From Candidatus Zixiibacteriota bacterium (GTDB taxonomy: Bacteria > Zixibacteria > MSB-5A5 > GN15 > FEB-12), in the NCBI GenBank assembly GCA_041742355.1, contig JBGSIV010000157.1, positions 21,543 to 85,542 of the forward strand: DNA of 64,000 bases, given 5' to 3'. The position numbers were made by a program, and so were the translations under genes. Shown piece after piece: positions 1 through 8,373 of this stretch. The notes beneath the pieces are model-generated. The model was not told the DNA's origin. It ran no database searches and saw only the letters and a program-made list of their open reading frames with translations. Positions within the stretch are counted from its first letter, which is position 1; each line of letters opens with the position of its first letter.

Positions 1-1
1 G

Positions 2-487
2 CGTGAGGCGTTGGCCGAGGCATACCAGATGTGGAATCAGTCTGCGCCGGAGGAGAGCTGCGGTGAGTGGCTGCGAAAGATCCTGATCAGCCGGTATTCC
101 ATCGGCATTCGGCGGCATGTACGCCTGACGACTCCAGGCTCGGGCGATGACGGGCAAATTTTCGTCGAAGTTTGTCCCAACACGATCTCCCTGACCGCAA
201 GTGCTCAGCAACAGTCGTGGCTGGCCGGGGACTCCGATGAAGACGTCAATTACCTTCAAGCTATAGCCAGCCTTCCTGATGTGTGCCGGTCGGCAATGAT
301 CCTGTCCTATCTCGAGGGCTTCTCGAACAATGAGATTGCCGACCTGGCCGGCGTTCAGCCGAAGACAATCCAATCCGCGCTCAGTCGGGGGCGCAGCTTC
401 ATTCGCGACGAGCTCTTTGAGCATTTGATGGGCAGTGTCGGAATCGGCAGCGGCGCCGAACGAAGTGCCGCCTTCAGCAGAAACTGA
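2..487 (+). CDS. ECF-type RNA polymerase sigma-70 family factor, 5' end cut by window edge
   Basis: The frame is open from base 2; the listed ORF 11..487 starts at an internal TTG. Region-2.4-like WLRKILISRY and region-4 HTH LSYLEGFSNNEIADLAGVQPKTIQSALSRGR are present. Too few residues precede region 2 for a complete sigma, so the N-terminus lies outside the window. Confidence 0.7.
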   Translation, partial: REALAEAYQMWNQSAPEESCGEWLRKILISRYSIGIRRHVRLTTPGSGDDGQIFVEVCPNTISLTASAQQQSWLAGDSDEDVNYLQAIASLPDVCRSAMILSYLEGFSNNEIADLAGVQPKTIQSALSRGRSFIRDELFEHLMGSVGIGSGAERSAAFSRN

Positions 488-541
488 TCCAGAAGTGATA
501 CGGCGATAACCGCAGAGGATATCGGAAACCGAGGTGGTTGA

Positions 542-1144
542 ATGAAACCGAAAACGGCGGAAAGAATGGCTTTCGACTTGCTGGCGATGCCCCAGCTGGA
601 AAATCTCTGTCGTACGGCTCTGTGGGTTGTGGGCAGCGAGACCGAGGCTCGCGACCTGGTCCAGGAGTCGTTTGTCCAAGCGTACTATGCCTGGCTCGAC
701 GGCCGGCTGGGCAGAGACGTTCGCATCGGGCTCTTCAAGATCCTGTGCAGTGCCCTGAAGGACAGGGACCGGTCATGCTCAACCTGGACGGCCGGGGTGG
801 ATGACCGTGATGCGTTCGATCGACTGCCGGTGCACTCCGGGCCAATGAATCTCCGGCAGGTTGACGAGTCCGGAAGAAGGCCATGTCTCACGGTGTCGGG
901 CGAAGGTCTCAGGAGCGCGATTCAGCGCGTGCCGGGTGATTCAAGGCTGACCGTCGTCCTCTCTCTGGCGGAGGGCTTCTCTTATCAGGAGATCGCTGAG
1001 ATCACCGGCGTTCAGATGGAGGCTGCCAGAACCAGGCTGCATCAGGGTCGCAGGCTGCTGCAGAGAGAGCTACTGGGGTATGCCGTCTGCGAAGGCAACA
1101 CCAGCATGTCCATAGGCGGAGTCAGGAGAAGTCGAATGGGATAG
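542..1144 (+). CDS. ECF-type RNA polymerase sigma-70 family factor
   Basis: 200 aa. Region 2 ARDLVQESFVQAYYAW and region 4 HTH LSLAEGFSYQEIAEITGVQMEAARTRLHQGRRLL. Lies 55 nt after the previous sigma gene. Confidence 0.8.
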   Translation: MKPKTAERMAFDLLAMPQLENLCRTALWVVGSETEARDLVQESFVQAYYAWLDGRLGRDVRIGLFKILCSALKDRDRSCSTWTAGVDDRDAFDRLPVHSGPMNLRQVDESGRRPCLTVSGEGLRSAIQRVPGDSRLTVVLSLAEGFSYQEIAEITGVQMEAARTRLHQGRRLLQRELLGYAVCEGNTSMSIGGVRRSRMG

Positions 1145-1195
1145 TGGTCCTCACTCAAAACGAAAATACTGATTTTCATACGTAAAGGAGTTCAC

Positions 1196-1840
1196 ATGTT
1201 CAAGCTAATTGGCCTAACCATATCATTATCGCTCGCTCTCTTTATCGCTTCGTGCGGTACCGGCACGACAGCCGAGCAGGAAGCCGACAAACAGTCGGCC
1301 GGTAACGATACAAAAGCCGCCTCGTACGTAACCATGCCGGCGAACACCCGGATCGCTGTCTCTCTCATCGATTCAATCGACACTGACATTCACGTCTCCG
1401 GCCACGAGTTCGCCGCCCGGCTCACCCACCCCATCGTCGTCGATGGCGAGACCATCTTTGCCGACGGCGCCGACGCCCGCGGCATCCTCAGCCGGGTCGT
1501 CGAGTCCGGCCGCCTCAAAACCCCGGCCGAAGTGGACTTCAGCCTCACGGCAATCAAAGACCCGAGTGGGCGGTGGGTCAACTTCGGTACGGGCATGATT
1601 CAGGACAAAAAGGGCTCGCACACCAATCGGGAGGTCGCCATGATTGGCGGCGGCGCTCTGGTAGGCGGCATCATCGGCAAGATCATCGACCGCAAGGGCA
1701 GCACCGAGATTGGCGCCGTGGCCGGAGCCGTCGCTGGCACGGGCCTGTCGGCCGCGACCGGCAAGCAGGACATCTTCTACGGTCCTGGGACCGAGTTTGT
1801 GTTCTTCTCGAACCATACGATGCAAATCTCGATGCGGTAA
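1196..1840 (+). CDS. lipoprotein with C-terminal glycine-zipper segment
   Basis: ATG preceded by AAAGGAG. Lipobox LFIASCG. Gly/Ala-rich GGGALVGGIIGKII...GAVAGAVAGTGLSAATG. The overlapping minus ORFs are Arg/Gly-rich shadows. Confidence 0.7.
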   Translation: MFKLIGLTISLSLALFIASCGTGTTAEQEADKQSAGNDTKAASYVTMPANTRIAVSLIDSIDTDIHVSGHEFAARLTHPIVVDGETIFADGADARGILSRVVESGRLKTPAEVDFSLTAIKDPSGRWVNFGTGMIQDKKGSHTNREVAMIGGGALVGGIIGKIIDRKGSTEIGAVAGAVAGTGLSAATGKQDIFYGPGTEFVFFSNHTMQISMR

Positions 1841-1908
1841 TCCGCGACTCCCAACGCCGGCCTCACGACTTCGCTGAGGTCGACTGAACTGCAAAAAAGG
1901 AGCAAACT

Positions 1909-2394
1909 TTGAAAAAGCTACTCATGATTCTCCTGGCCCTGGGCCTCGTGTTCGGCACATCCGCCCACGCCAACAAACGCTCGGCCGGGTTTCACGGCAT
2001 CGGCCCGCGGGTCGGACTGACAATCAATCCTGACCAGGTCCATTTCGGGGGTCACATCGATTTCGGTGACCTGGCCAACAACCTGATGATGCTGCCGAAT
2101 CTCGAGATCGGCATCGGAGACGACTTCACTACCGTTGCCCCCACCTTTGAACTCGATTACCGCTTCCGCTCCGACTGGGGCGCGTGGACACCATATCTCG
2201 GTGGTGGCATCGGTCCGGTCTTCTACTCGCACGATAACGGCGGCAGCAATTCCGAACTGGCCCTCTACCTGCAGTTCGGTGTCGGAAGAGGGCGGTCCGC
2301 CAGTGAGACTGGCCACTTCTTCATAGAGGGAAAACTCGGCCTGGTCGATGCCCCGGATTTCAAAGCCACCGTCGGCTGGACCTTCGGCAACTGA
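1909..2394 (+). CDS. small outer-membrane beta-barrel protein
   Basis: TTG start 6 nt after AAGGAG. Signal peptide MKKLLMILLALGLVFGTSAHA. Alternating beta-strand pattern with a C-terminal aromatic-rich strand TVGWTFGN. Confidence 0.6.
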   Translation: MKKLLMILLALGLVFGTSAHANKRSAGFHGIGPRVGLTINPDQVHFGGHIDFGDLANNLMMLPNLEIGIGDDFTTVAPTFELDYRFRSDWGAWTPYLGGGIGPVFYSHDNGGSNSELALYLQFGVGRGRSASETGHFFIEGKLGLVDAPDFKATVGWTFGN

Positions 2395-2448
2395 GCGGAG
2401 TGAATTGCTTCACAGAACCAAAACAGAAAACCTTTAGGAGTACGCAAG

Positions 2449-3237
2449 ATGAGAAAACGCACAGTGTTCATTTCAGCAGCAGCCGTAATGTTGATCGCGG
2501 TCGTGCTGGCGACCGGCCTGCCCGTGCAGGCAGGGGAAACTGACGGCCGCATCAAATCGTCGGCCAAGAAGTCATACGTATTCAAGACGTATCTCAAGCA
2601 CGACCATATTAAGATCCAATCCCAGAATGGCGTCGTCATCCTGACCGGTACGGTTGCCGACGAGTCCCACAGATCGATGGCTGAGGAGACCATGAGGAGC
2701 CTCCCCGGCGTCCAGAGCGTCAACAACCAGCTGACCATCAAAGGGGAGCCCACCAGCCCGCACTCCGATGCGTGGCTCAACGAGCGGGTTCGAGGGACCC
2801 TTCTGGTACACCGGAGTGTGAGTCTGGCCAACACCAACGTTGCGGTCAACGACGGCAAGGTGACGTTGCGCGGCGAAGCCTCCAGCGATGCCCAGAAGCA
2901 GCTCGCGACTGAGTACGCCGGTGATGTGGCCGGAGTAAAGAGCGTCGACAACCAGATGACTGTGACCACTCGACCGCCGAAACCTTACCGGTCGGATGAC
3001 GAAAAGATCGACGACGCATCGATCACAACTCAAGTCATGATGTCTCTCCGATATCACCACGGAATGGATGCCTTCGACACCAAGGTCTCGACTGAAAAGG
3101 GTGTCGTCACGTTGGGCGGTACCGCCAGGAACCAGGCGGAGATCGACCTTGCTACCAAACGCGTCAGCGACATCCATGGCGTGAGAAGCGTCAAGAACAA
3201 CATGACCATTGATGCAACGCAGTCCTCGACCAATTAA
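2449..3237 (+). CDS. periplasmic protein with three BON domains (OsmY-like)
   Basis: Signal peptide present. Three BON-type repeats end in VILTGTV...LPGVQSVNNQLTI, VTLRGEA...VAGVKSVDNQMTV and VTLGGTA...IHGVRSVKNNMTI. Confidence 0.85.
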   Translation: MRKRTVFISAAAVMLIAVVLATGLPVQAGETDGRIKSSAKKSYVFKTYLKHDHIKIQSQNGVVILTGTVADESHRSMAEETMRSLPGVQSVNNQLTIKGEPTSPHSDAWLNERVRGTLLVHRSVSLANTNVAVNDGKVTLRGEASSDAQKQLATEYAGDVAGVKSVDNQMTVTTRPPKPYRSDDEKIDDASITTQVMMSLRYHHGMDAFDTKVSTEKGVVTLGGTARNQAEIDLATKRVSDIHGVRSVKNNMTIDATQSSTN

Positions 3238-3315
3238 ACTAGCCGGAACGCGGTCGGCCGATGCAGGGACGCACCGGTCGGCTGTGCTTCCGAGCCGAAC
3301 GGATCGGAGTACTAT

Positions 3316-3465
3316 ATGCTGTGGACCTTGGCTCTCATACTGCTGGTCCTGTGGGCGCTCGGTCTCGTGAGCGGCTTCACCATGGGCGGCTTCGTTCACG
3401 CTCTGATAGTCATCGCCATTGTGGTGGTGCTGATAAAACTCATTACCGGCCGTCGAGTCATATGA
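3316..3465 (+). CDS. lmo0937-family small membrane protein (49 aa), absent from the supplied ORF track
   Basis: Hand translation gives MLWTLALILLVLWALGLVSGFTMGGFVHALIVIAIVVVLIKLITGRRVI, from ATG 3316 to TGA 3463-3465. This matches the MLWT..LWLLG..GGF.H.LLVIA.V..LI..I.GRR pattern of that family as I recall it. Confidence 0.8.
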   Translation: MLWTLALILLVLWALGLVSGFTMGGFVHALIVIAIVVVLIKLITGRRVI

Positions 3466-3493
3466 CGCCGCGGGCGTCAACTAAGGAGCTTTC

Positions 3494-3733
3494 ATGAATG
3501 CAATCACCATTATCGGCATCATACTAATTGCCATCGGTGCGGTCGGGTTGATCTACGGAGGCATTACCTACACCTCCGGAAGGGATGTCGTCGACATGGG
3601 GCCGATGCACCTCGAGGTCGATCAGGAGCAGCACATCCCATTCTCGCCGATCGCCGGTGGCGTGGCCATGGCGGCCGGCCTGATCCTGGTCATCGTAGGC
3701 AAAAGCAAACCCGTCGGAGCCAGACTGCGATAG
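3494..3733 (+). CDS. small two-TM membrane protein, function unknown
   Basis: ATG preceded by TAAGGAG. Two hydrophobic helices, IIGIILIAIGAVGLIYGG and IAGGVAMAAGLILVIVG. Sits in the stress-gene run. Confidence 0.6.
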   Translation: MNAITIIGIILIAIGAVGLIYGGITYTSGRDVVDMGPMHLEVDQEQHIPFSPIAGGVAMAAGLILVIVGKSKPVGARLR

Positions 3734-3824
3734 GTCCAGCGGCCAACTTATGCTGCTGACGAACGTGTAGACTGTCACGTAACACCGAACGCATCAACTA
3801 ACGCCAAATAGCCAGGAGGCTACT

Positions 3825-4196
3825 GTGGAAATCACCGACATTCAAGTACGCTTGCGGGACGAAGACAAGTTGAAGGGTTTTGTCAACTTAACCTTTGACA
3901 ACTGTTTTGTCGTTCGTGGCTGCAAGATCATTCAGGGCAGCAGTGGCTACTTCGTATCCATGCCGTCCCAGAAGCAGGAAGACGGCTCGTATCGGGACAT
4001 CGCGCACCCGATCAATTCCGAGATGCGCCAGATTATCGAGAATCAGATTCTGAAGGCCTATGTTTCGGAACTCCGCACTCGGACTGCGATCCAATCTTCA
4101 CCGCCGACTGAGTTATCGCGGCATCCGCATCAGGCGCCCGAGAGACAGGAGCCAATGCCAGTGAACCGAGTCCGCCCGTTCGGAGATAACCGTTAA
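3825..4196 (+). CDS. spoVG: SpoVG family protein with C-terminal tail
   Basis: GTG start 5 nt after AGGAGG. MEITDIQVRL...GFVNLTFDNCFVVRGCKIIQGSSGYFVSMPSQK...YRDIAHPINSEMRQ is the canonical SpoVG core. About 35 extra Pro/Arg-rich residues follow. Confidence 0.9.
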   Translation: MEITDIQVRLRDEDKLKGFVNLTFDNCFVVRGCKIIQGSSGYFVSMPSQKQEDGSYRDIAHPINSEMRQIIENQILKAYVSELRTRTAIQSSPPTELSRHPHQAPERQEPMPVNRVRPFGDNR

Positions 4197-4227
4197 CAGC
4201 ATCGATCGACAGGAAGTGAATACTACG

Positions 4228-4587
4228 ATGAAGCCAAATAAACTGGTGCCCTGCGGGCCGACATCGCCGGCGAGCCAGTATGGGGCCGACATGCTCTACG
4301 ATCTCCCGACACAGATGCTTCCTTCGACACGCGAGAACATCGTAGTCAGGCGTATCACGGTCTTGGAGCCAGCTCCGGACTATTTGCGCGTGCGTCGAGA
4401 CGGCCTTTGGCGGAGTCCTCCCCGCGATTACAGGGAGGCACTGGTCGGTTCCGAGGGAAGGCTTCCTGAACGCGGACGGTTGACTATCGACCCTTCCGGC
4501 ATCACGGTGGTTCCGATGAATCACTCTCCCGGTACGATTATGATGGCGCGAGAGGTCTTTCGGCGACAGTCCGAATCTCTATCTTAA
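4228..4587 (+). CDS. hypothetical protein
   Basis: ATG at 4228 after AGGAAG, inside listed ORF 4216..4587. Third-codon-position G+C content is similar to neighbouring genes. No recognisable motif, and it competes with minus ORF 4033..4524. Confidence 0.35.
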   Translation: MKPNKLVPCGPTSPASQYGADMLYDLPTQMLPSTRENIVVRRITVLEPAPDYLRVRRDGLWRSPPRDYREALVGSEGRLPERGRLTIDPSGITVVPMNHSPGTIMMAREVFRRQSESLS

Positions 4588-4653
4588 CGCAGCTTCGCCG
4601 GCACGAGAGAACATTACTGACCCGTTTCCATTGAGTAAGAAAGGACAACTAAC

Positions 4654-5451
4654 ATGACTGTCAGAACCCGATTCAGAGCGACCATCCCGCTGCTTTGCCT
4701 GACCCTGATTGTGGGATGCTCCGACTCATCGACCTCGTCATCAGGAGAGGGGCAAATCAGGCTTACATTGGTTGACGCCCCTGCTGCTTTCGACGAAGTG
4801 AATATTGTCGTGACCAAGGTGGAGGTTCATGCGGCCGGTACCGCCGCTGAGTCCGGTTGGATCACGTTGAGCGACACAACTGCCACGTATGACCTCCTGG
4901 AGCTGACCAACGGCGCTAATTCCGTCATCGGCGACCACATGCTGCCCGTTGGAAAATACACGCAGATCAGGTTGGGTATCGGAACCGGCAGCAACGTTAT
5001 CGTCGACGGGGTCAGTTTCCCCCTCAATGTGGCCAGTGCCAGCGGCCTAAAGCTGAACCACAACTTCGATATAGCCGAAGACAAACTGTACTTGCTGACG
5101 CTCGATTTCGATGCAGCCAAATCAGTCCGGCTGACCAACGATAACCAGTACCGATTGCAGCCCGTGATCAGGCTTATCGCCACCGAAGTCTCCGGCACCA
5201 TATACGGAACGATCGTCCCGAACGGAGTTTCCTCCACCGTATTTGCCGGGGTAGGGAACGGAGATACCGTCACGACCGTGAGCAATCCGATCAATGGTTC
5301 GTTCATGCTGGTGGCAGTCCCGGAAGGGACCTTTGACGTGGTCATCGTGCCCAACATTGGCGGCTATCTCGACACAACCATCACTGATGTTCTGGTTGAG
5401 GCGCAGCAGGACCGGAATATCGGAACCGTCATACTGACCACTACTCCGTAG
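4654..5451 (+). CDS. DUF4382-like lipoprotein
   Basis: Lipobox LTLIVGCS. IRLTLVDAPAAFDEVNIVVTKVEVH...TYDLLELTNG...LPVGKYTQIRL...GLKL pattern is typical of DUF4382. C-terminal beta-sandwich-like region. Confidence 0.75.
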   Translation: MTVRTRFRATIPLLCLTLIVGCSDSSTSSSGEGQIRLTLVDAPAAFDEVNIVVTKVEVHAAGTAAESGWITLSDTTATYDLLELTNGANSVIGDHMLPVGKYTQIRLGIGTGSNVIVDGVSFPLNVASASGLKLNHNFDIAEDKLYLLTLDFDAAKSVRLTNDNQYRLQPVIRLIATEVSGTIYGTIVPNGVSSTVFAGVGNGDTVTTVSNPINGSFMLVAVPEGTFDVVIVPNIGGYLDTTITDVLVEAQQDRNIGTVILTTTP

Positions 5452-5659
5452 GGCACTTCTACATCCGAAACCAAACACAGAGGCTAGACTGAAGTGAGGT
5501 GTGGCGGTTGGCCGCTAAGTCAGATAAGAAGATACGGTATCGCAGCCAAATGAGACTCGAGCAACCCCAATCGGGTGAGTTCCAATATCATGGGCTGCAG
5601 GTGATTCACGAACAAACAAAACCAGTAACTGCTGTCAATTGACAGTGGAGGCAACCGAG

Positions 5660-5971
5660 ATGGACCGATTTGAAGACAAACGAATTAACGAAGCGCTGGA
5701 GTTGTTGAACGCCGTGGCCCGCGACAACAAGGTGGAGCTGCAGAATGTGATGGAGACCAAGTACACCGATCTCTCGTCTTTAGTGGGTGCGTTCACCAAC
5801 AAGGTGAAGGATCGGGCAACCGAGTCGTACGAGGCCGGAAAACAGAAAGTGGTTGATGTCGCGACCGGTCTCGACACCAACGTTCACAAGAATCCGTGGG
5901 TGTACATCGGTGGCGCCACTGCTGTCGCGCTGGTGTCCGGCTTCCTGCTCGGCAGATCGCGCAGGCAGTAA
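5660..5971 (+). CDS. YqjD/ElaB-like (DUF883) tail-anchored stress protein
   Basis: ATG 5660 lies 9 nt after GGAGG. Helical N-terminal part, then NPWVYIGGATAVALVSGFLLGRSRRQ, the characteristic C-terminal anchor. Confidence 0.75.
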   Translation: MDRFEDKRINEALELLNAVARDNKVELQNVMETKYTDLSSLVGAFTNKVKDRATESYEAGKQKVVDVATGLDTNVHKNPWVYIGGATAVALVSGFLLGRSRRQ

Positions 5972-5974
5972 GAC

Positions 5975-6343
5975 GTGGTCACCACACTTCTTCAAGTAGT
6001 ATTTGGGTGGCTCAGATCGACTTACCTCGAGCCGTCGCTCAGGAGGCTCAAACTCCGCGCGGCGATCTACTATCTCGAAGGAGTCAGGGGCGCGCACCGC
6101 ATCCTTCTTTTGGCCTGCCTGCTGGTGTTCGCGATTACCATGATTGGTGCGGGTCTGGTGCTGATGCCGTTGGCGCTGCTTGTAAGTATGCCCTGGGAGC
6201 CTGCTACCAAGGCAGTGGTCGGGCTCGCCGTCGGCGCCGTCTATCTGGTCGTGCCTGCCATCGCTCTGATCTCGCTGCTCTCGGAGAAGCGATGGATGCG
6301 AATCACCGGTGCGGCGGGTGTACTTCGAAAGCTCGTGGACTAG
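5975..6343 (+). CDS. YqjE-like membrane protein (phage-holin-family/DUF1469-like)
   Basis: GTG start 3 nt after the preceding stop. Two long hydrophobic helices. Gene order mirrors E. coli yqjD-yqjE. Confidence 0.5.
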   Translation: MVTTLLQVVFGWLRSTYLEPSLRRLKLRAAIYYLEGVRGAHRILLLACLLVFAITMIGAGLVLMPLALLVSMPWEPATKAVVGLAVGAVYLVVPAIALISLLSEKRWMRITGAAGVLRKLVD

Positions 6344-6363
6344 ATTCTGCAACCCGATACACA

Positions 6364-6388
6364 GAAGCCGGCCATCGGGCCGGTCTTC
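6364..6388 (+). terminator. GC-rich hairpin after the yqjE-like gene
   Basis: GAAGCCGGCC-ATCG-GGCCGGTCTTC with one bulge. No clear U tract. Confidence 0.4.
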
Positions 6389-6563
6389 CTGTGTCCATAA
6401 CCGAAACCAGGTGCGCATTTGTATCATGTATACCATCCTGCTTCGCGCCACCAAATGAGTCGTCCCCTTCCGGATAGGGGGCACGACGAATCACAAACCA
6501 GGCATGGCATTGCAGGTCAAAGCCTGCAATACCGCGCTGTAACGATTAGAGGATAAATTCACT

Positions 6564-7265
6564 ATGAACACAATACCTGCAATACTCAGGCCACTGATGC
6601 TGGTGATCATAAGCTTGGCCACGCTGGTGGCAACCCCTTCTGTTTTCTCGCAGAGTCGGATGACAACCGACCCTCGGATGGTAGTGATCCCCTGGCGCGG
6701 TGCGAGTGAGATCCAGAGCGATTTGGACAACGCCGCTGAAGCGAAGCTGCTGGCACAAGATCGCAGAGAGCGAGCCGAGACTCGCCTCCGGGAGATCGCC
6801 AATAACCTTGAGACAAGAAAGCAGACCCTCAAGGACATCGATCGTCGTAAGGACGAGGCAAAGAAGAACAAACGGGAATCCGAAGAAATCTCGCTCAAGA
6901 TCGAGGAGAAAGCCAACAAGCAGGCGGTCGATCTGCTCAATCGTTTAAAGGACCTGCGCAAAGCCGAGGTCGAGGAGGCGAAGGCCGAGATTGAACGGGC
7001 GGAGGTTGACATCGAAGTCTTGCAGATGGAGACTGAATTGCTGAGTAAACGAGATGAGTATGATTCCCTGGCGGCCACCAGTACGGGCGACCTGACGCTT
7101 ACCACGGCGCAGCAGGTTCTCCAGAACCTTGAGGTGCGTCTGCTGGAGCTGCAGCGAAAGCGGGCCGACGCAACCCAGAAACTGGCGTCCAAGCAGAAGG
7201 ATATCGTGACCCGACGGATGAAATTGCATGATGCGCAGGCAAAGCTCGGCATGCCACGGGCTTAG
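6564..7265 (+). CDS. secreted coiled-coil protein
   Basis: Signal peptide MNTIPAILRPLMLVIISLATLVATPSVFSQS, then about 180 aa of Glu/Lys/Arg/Leu heptad-like sequence. Confidence 0.6.
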   Translation: MNTIPAILRPLMLVIISLATLVATPSVFSQSRMTTDPRMVVIPWRGASEIQSDLDNAAEAKLLAQDRRERAETRLREIANNLETRKQTLKDIDRRKDEAKKNKRESEEISLKIEEKANKQAVDLLNRLKDLRKAEVEEAKAEIERAEVDIEVLQMETELLSKRDEYDSLAATSTGDLTLTTAQQVLQNLEVRLLELQRKRADATQKLASKQKDIVTRRMKLHDAQAKLGMPRA

Positions 7266-7322
7266 CGCACCGGGGCCGATGCCGGTACGCCACGGGCTTA
7301 GCACACCCGTGGCCGATGCCGG
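7253..7322. repeat. imperfect tandem duplication (33/34 nt, 3-nt spacer) spanning the stop codon of the coiled-coil gene
   Basis: GCCACGGGCTTAGCGCACCGGGGCCGATGCCGG (7253-7285) is repeated as GCCACGGGCTTAGCACACCCGTGGCCGATGCCGG (7289-7322). The second copy can fold as CCACGGG/CCCGTGG. Confidence 0.8.
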
Positions 7323-7396
7323 AGCGATGACCGCATGAAGTTATCGGGCTCTGGCGAGGTGTGAGGTCGTTCGATCGCCTACTTCCAACGGCAGAG

Positions 7397-8353
7397 TCAA
7401 TGCCCCGCACCCTCTTTGTCTTTCTCGAGCCAGTCGAGCATGGCGGCAATACTCCCGGTCGCCAGGGCGATGCTTGTGTCAGCCGCGCCATAGTAGATCT
7501 GGATTGTATCACCATCGGGAAGAATCGTGTAGCCACAGGGAAACACGACATTTCCAACGTCACCGTGCAATTCGTAGGATTCCTCGGGACCAAAAACCCA
7601 CTGGCTGCCACGTTTCAGGCAGACTTCGGGTCGCTGCAAGTCGAACAGGGCTAGGCCGAGTCGATAGATCGCACCGGCAGCCGTGTGTCTTACGCCATGG
7701 TACATCACCAGCCAGCCCTGCGGCGTCTCTATCGGCGGGGGAGAAAGACCGATCTTGTTGGCGTCCCACCAGCCCCCGCGCCGCGCTTCCATCATCAGTT
7801 GGTGGCTGCCCCAGTGTATGAGATCGGGCGAGTAGGAGATCCACATGTGCGCCCGAGGTGAACTGACCGGGCGGTGAATCAGCGCCCATCGACCGTCGAT
7901 CCGACCGGGTAGAAGCGTTGCATCCTTATCCTCCGGAGGCATGATGACTCCGTACCGCTTGAAGGCACGGAAATCCTTGGTGGTTGCCAAGGCCACTCCC
8001 GGGCCATCGCGGGTGAAAGCGGTATAGACCACCACATACTCATCCAGTTCCGGAACATACGTTATGCGCGGATCTTCGACGCCCCAGAGTTCCTCCGGAT
8101 ACTGCTGCGGGTTCGGCATCAGTGTCGGTTCCGGGTCAATCTGCCAGCCGTCGACGCCATTCGCCGAACGGGCCGCACAGAGGTGCGATTGTCCGCGGCG
8201 ATCCTCCACTCGGCAGAGCAGCAGGGTAGTGCCGTCAGCCAGCAATGTGGCGCCGGGATTGAACACGCTGTTGACGGGATAGGGCCAGTTGGCGGCCGTC
8301 AGGATCGGATTGAGTTCGTGTCGTCGAAACAGCTCGGGGTGTGTATTGCTCAT
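7397..8353 (-). CDS. GH130-family glycoside phosphorylase/glycosidase
   Basis: NPILTAANWPYPVNSVFNPGATLLADGTTLLLCRVEDRRGQSHL...WGVEDPRITYV...YVVVYTAF is the 5-bladed propeller GH130 signature as I recall it. Confidence 0.85.
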   Translation of the reverse strand: MSNTHPELFRRHELNPILTAANWPYPVNSVFNPGATLLADGTTLLLCRVEDRRGQSHLCAARSANGVDGWQIDPEPTLMPNPQQYPEELWGVEDPRITYVPELDEYVVVYTAFTRDGPGVALATTKDFRAFKRYGVIMPPEDKDATLLPGRIDGRWALIHRPVSSPRAHMWISYSPDLIHWGSHQLMMEARRGGWWDANKIGLSPPPIETPQGWLVMYHGVRHTAAGAIYRLGLALFDLQRPEVCLKRGSQWVFGPEESYELHGDVGNVVFPCGYTILPDGDTIQIYYGAADTSIALATGSIAAMLDWLEKDKEGAGH

Positions 8354-8373
8354 TGAGAGTGCATCTCCACAGG

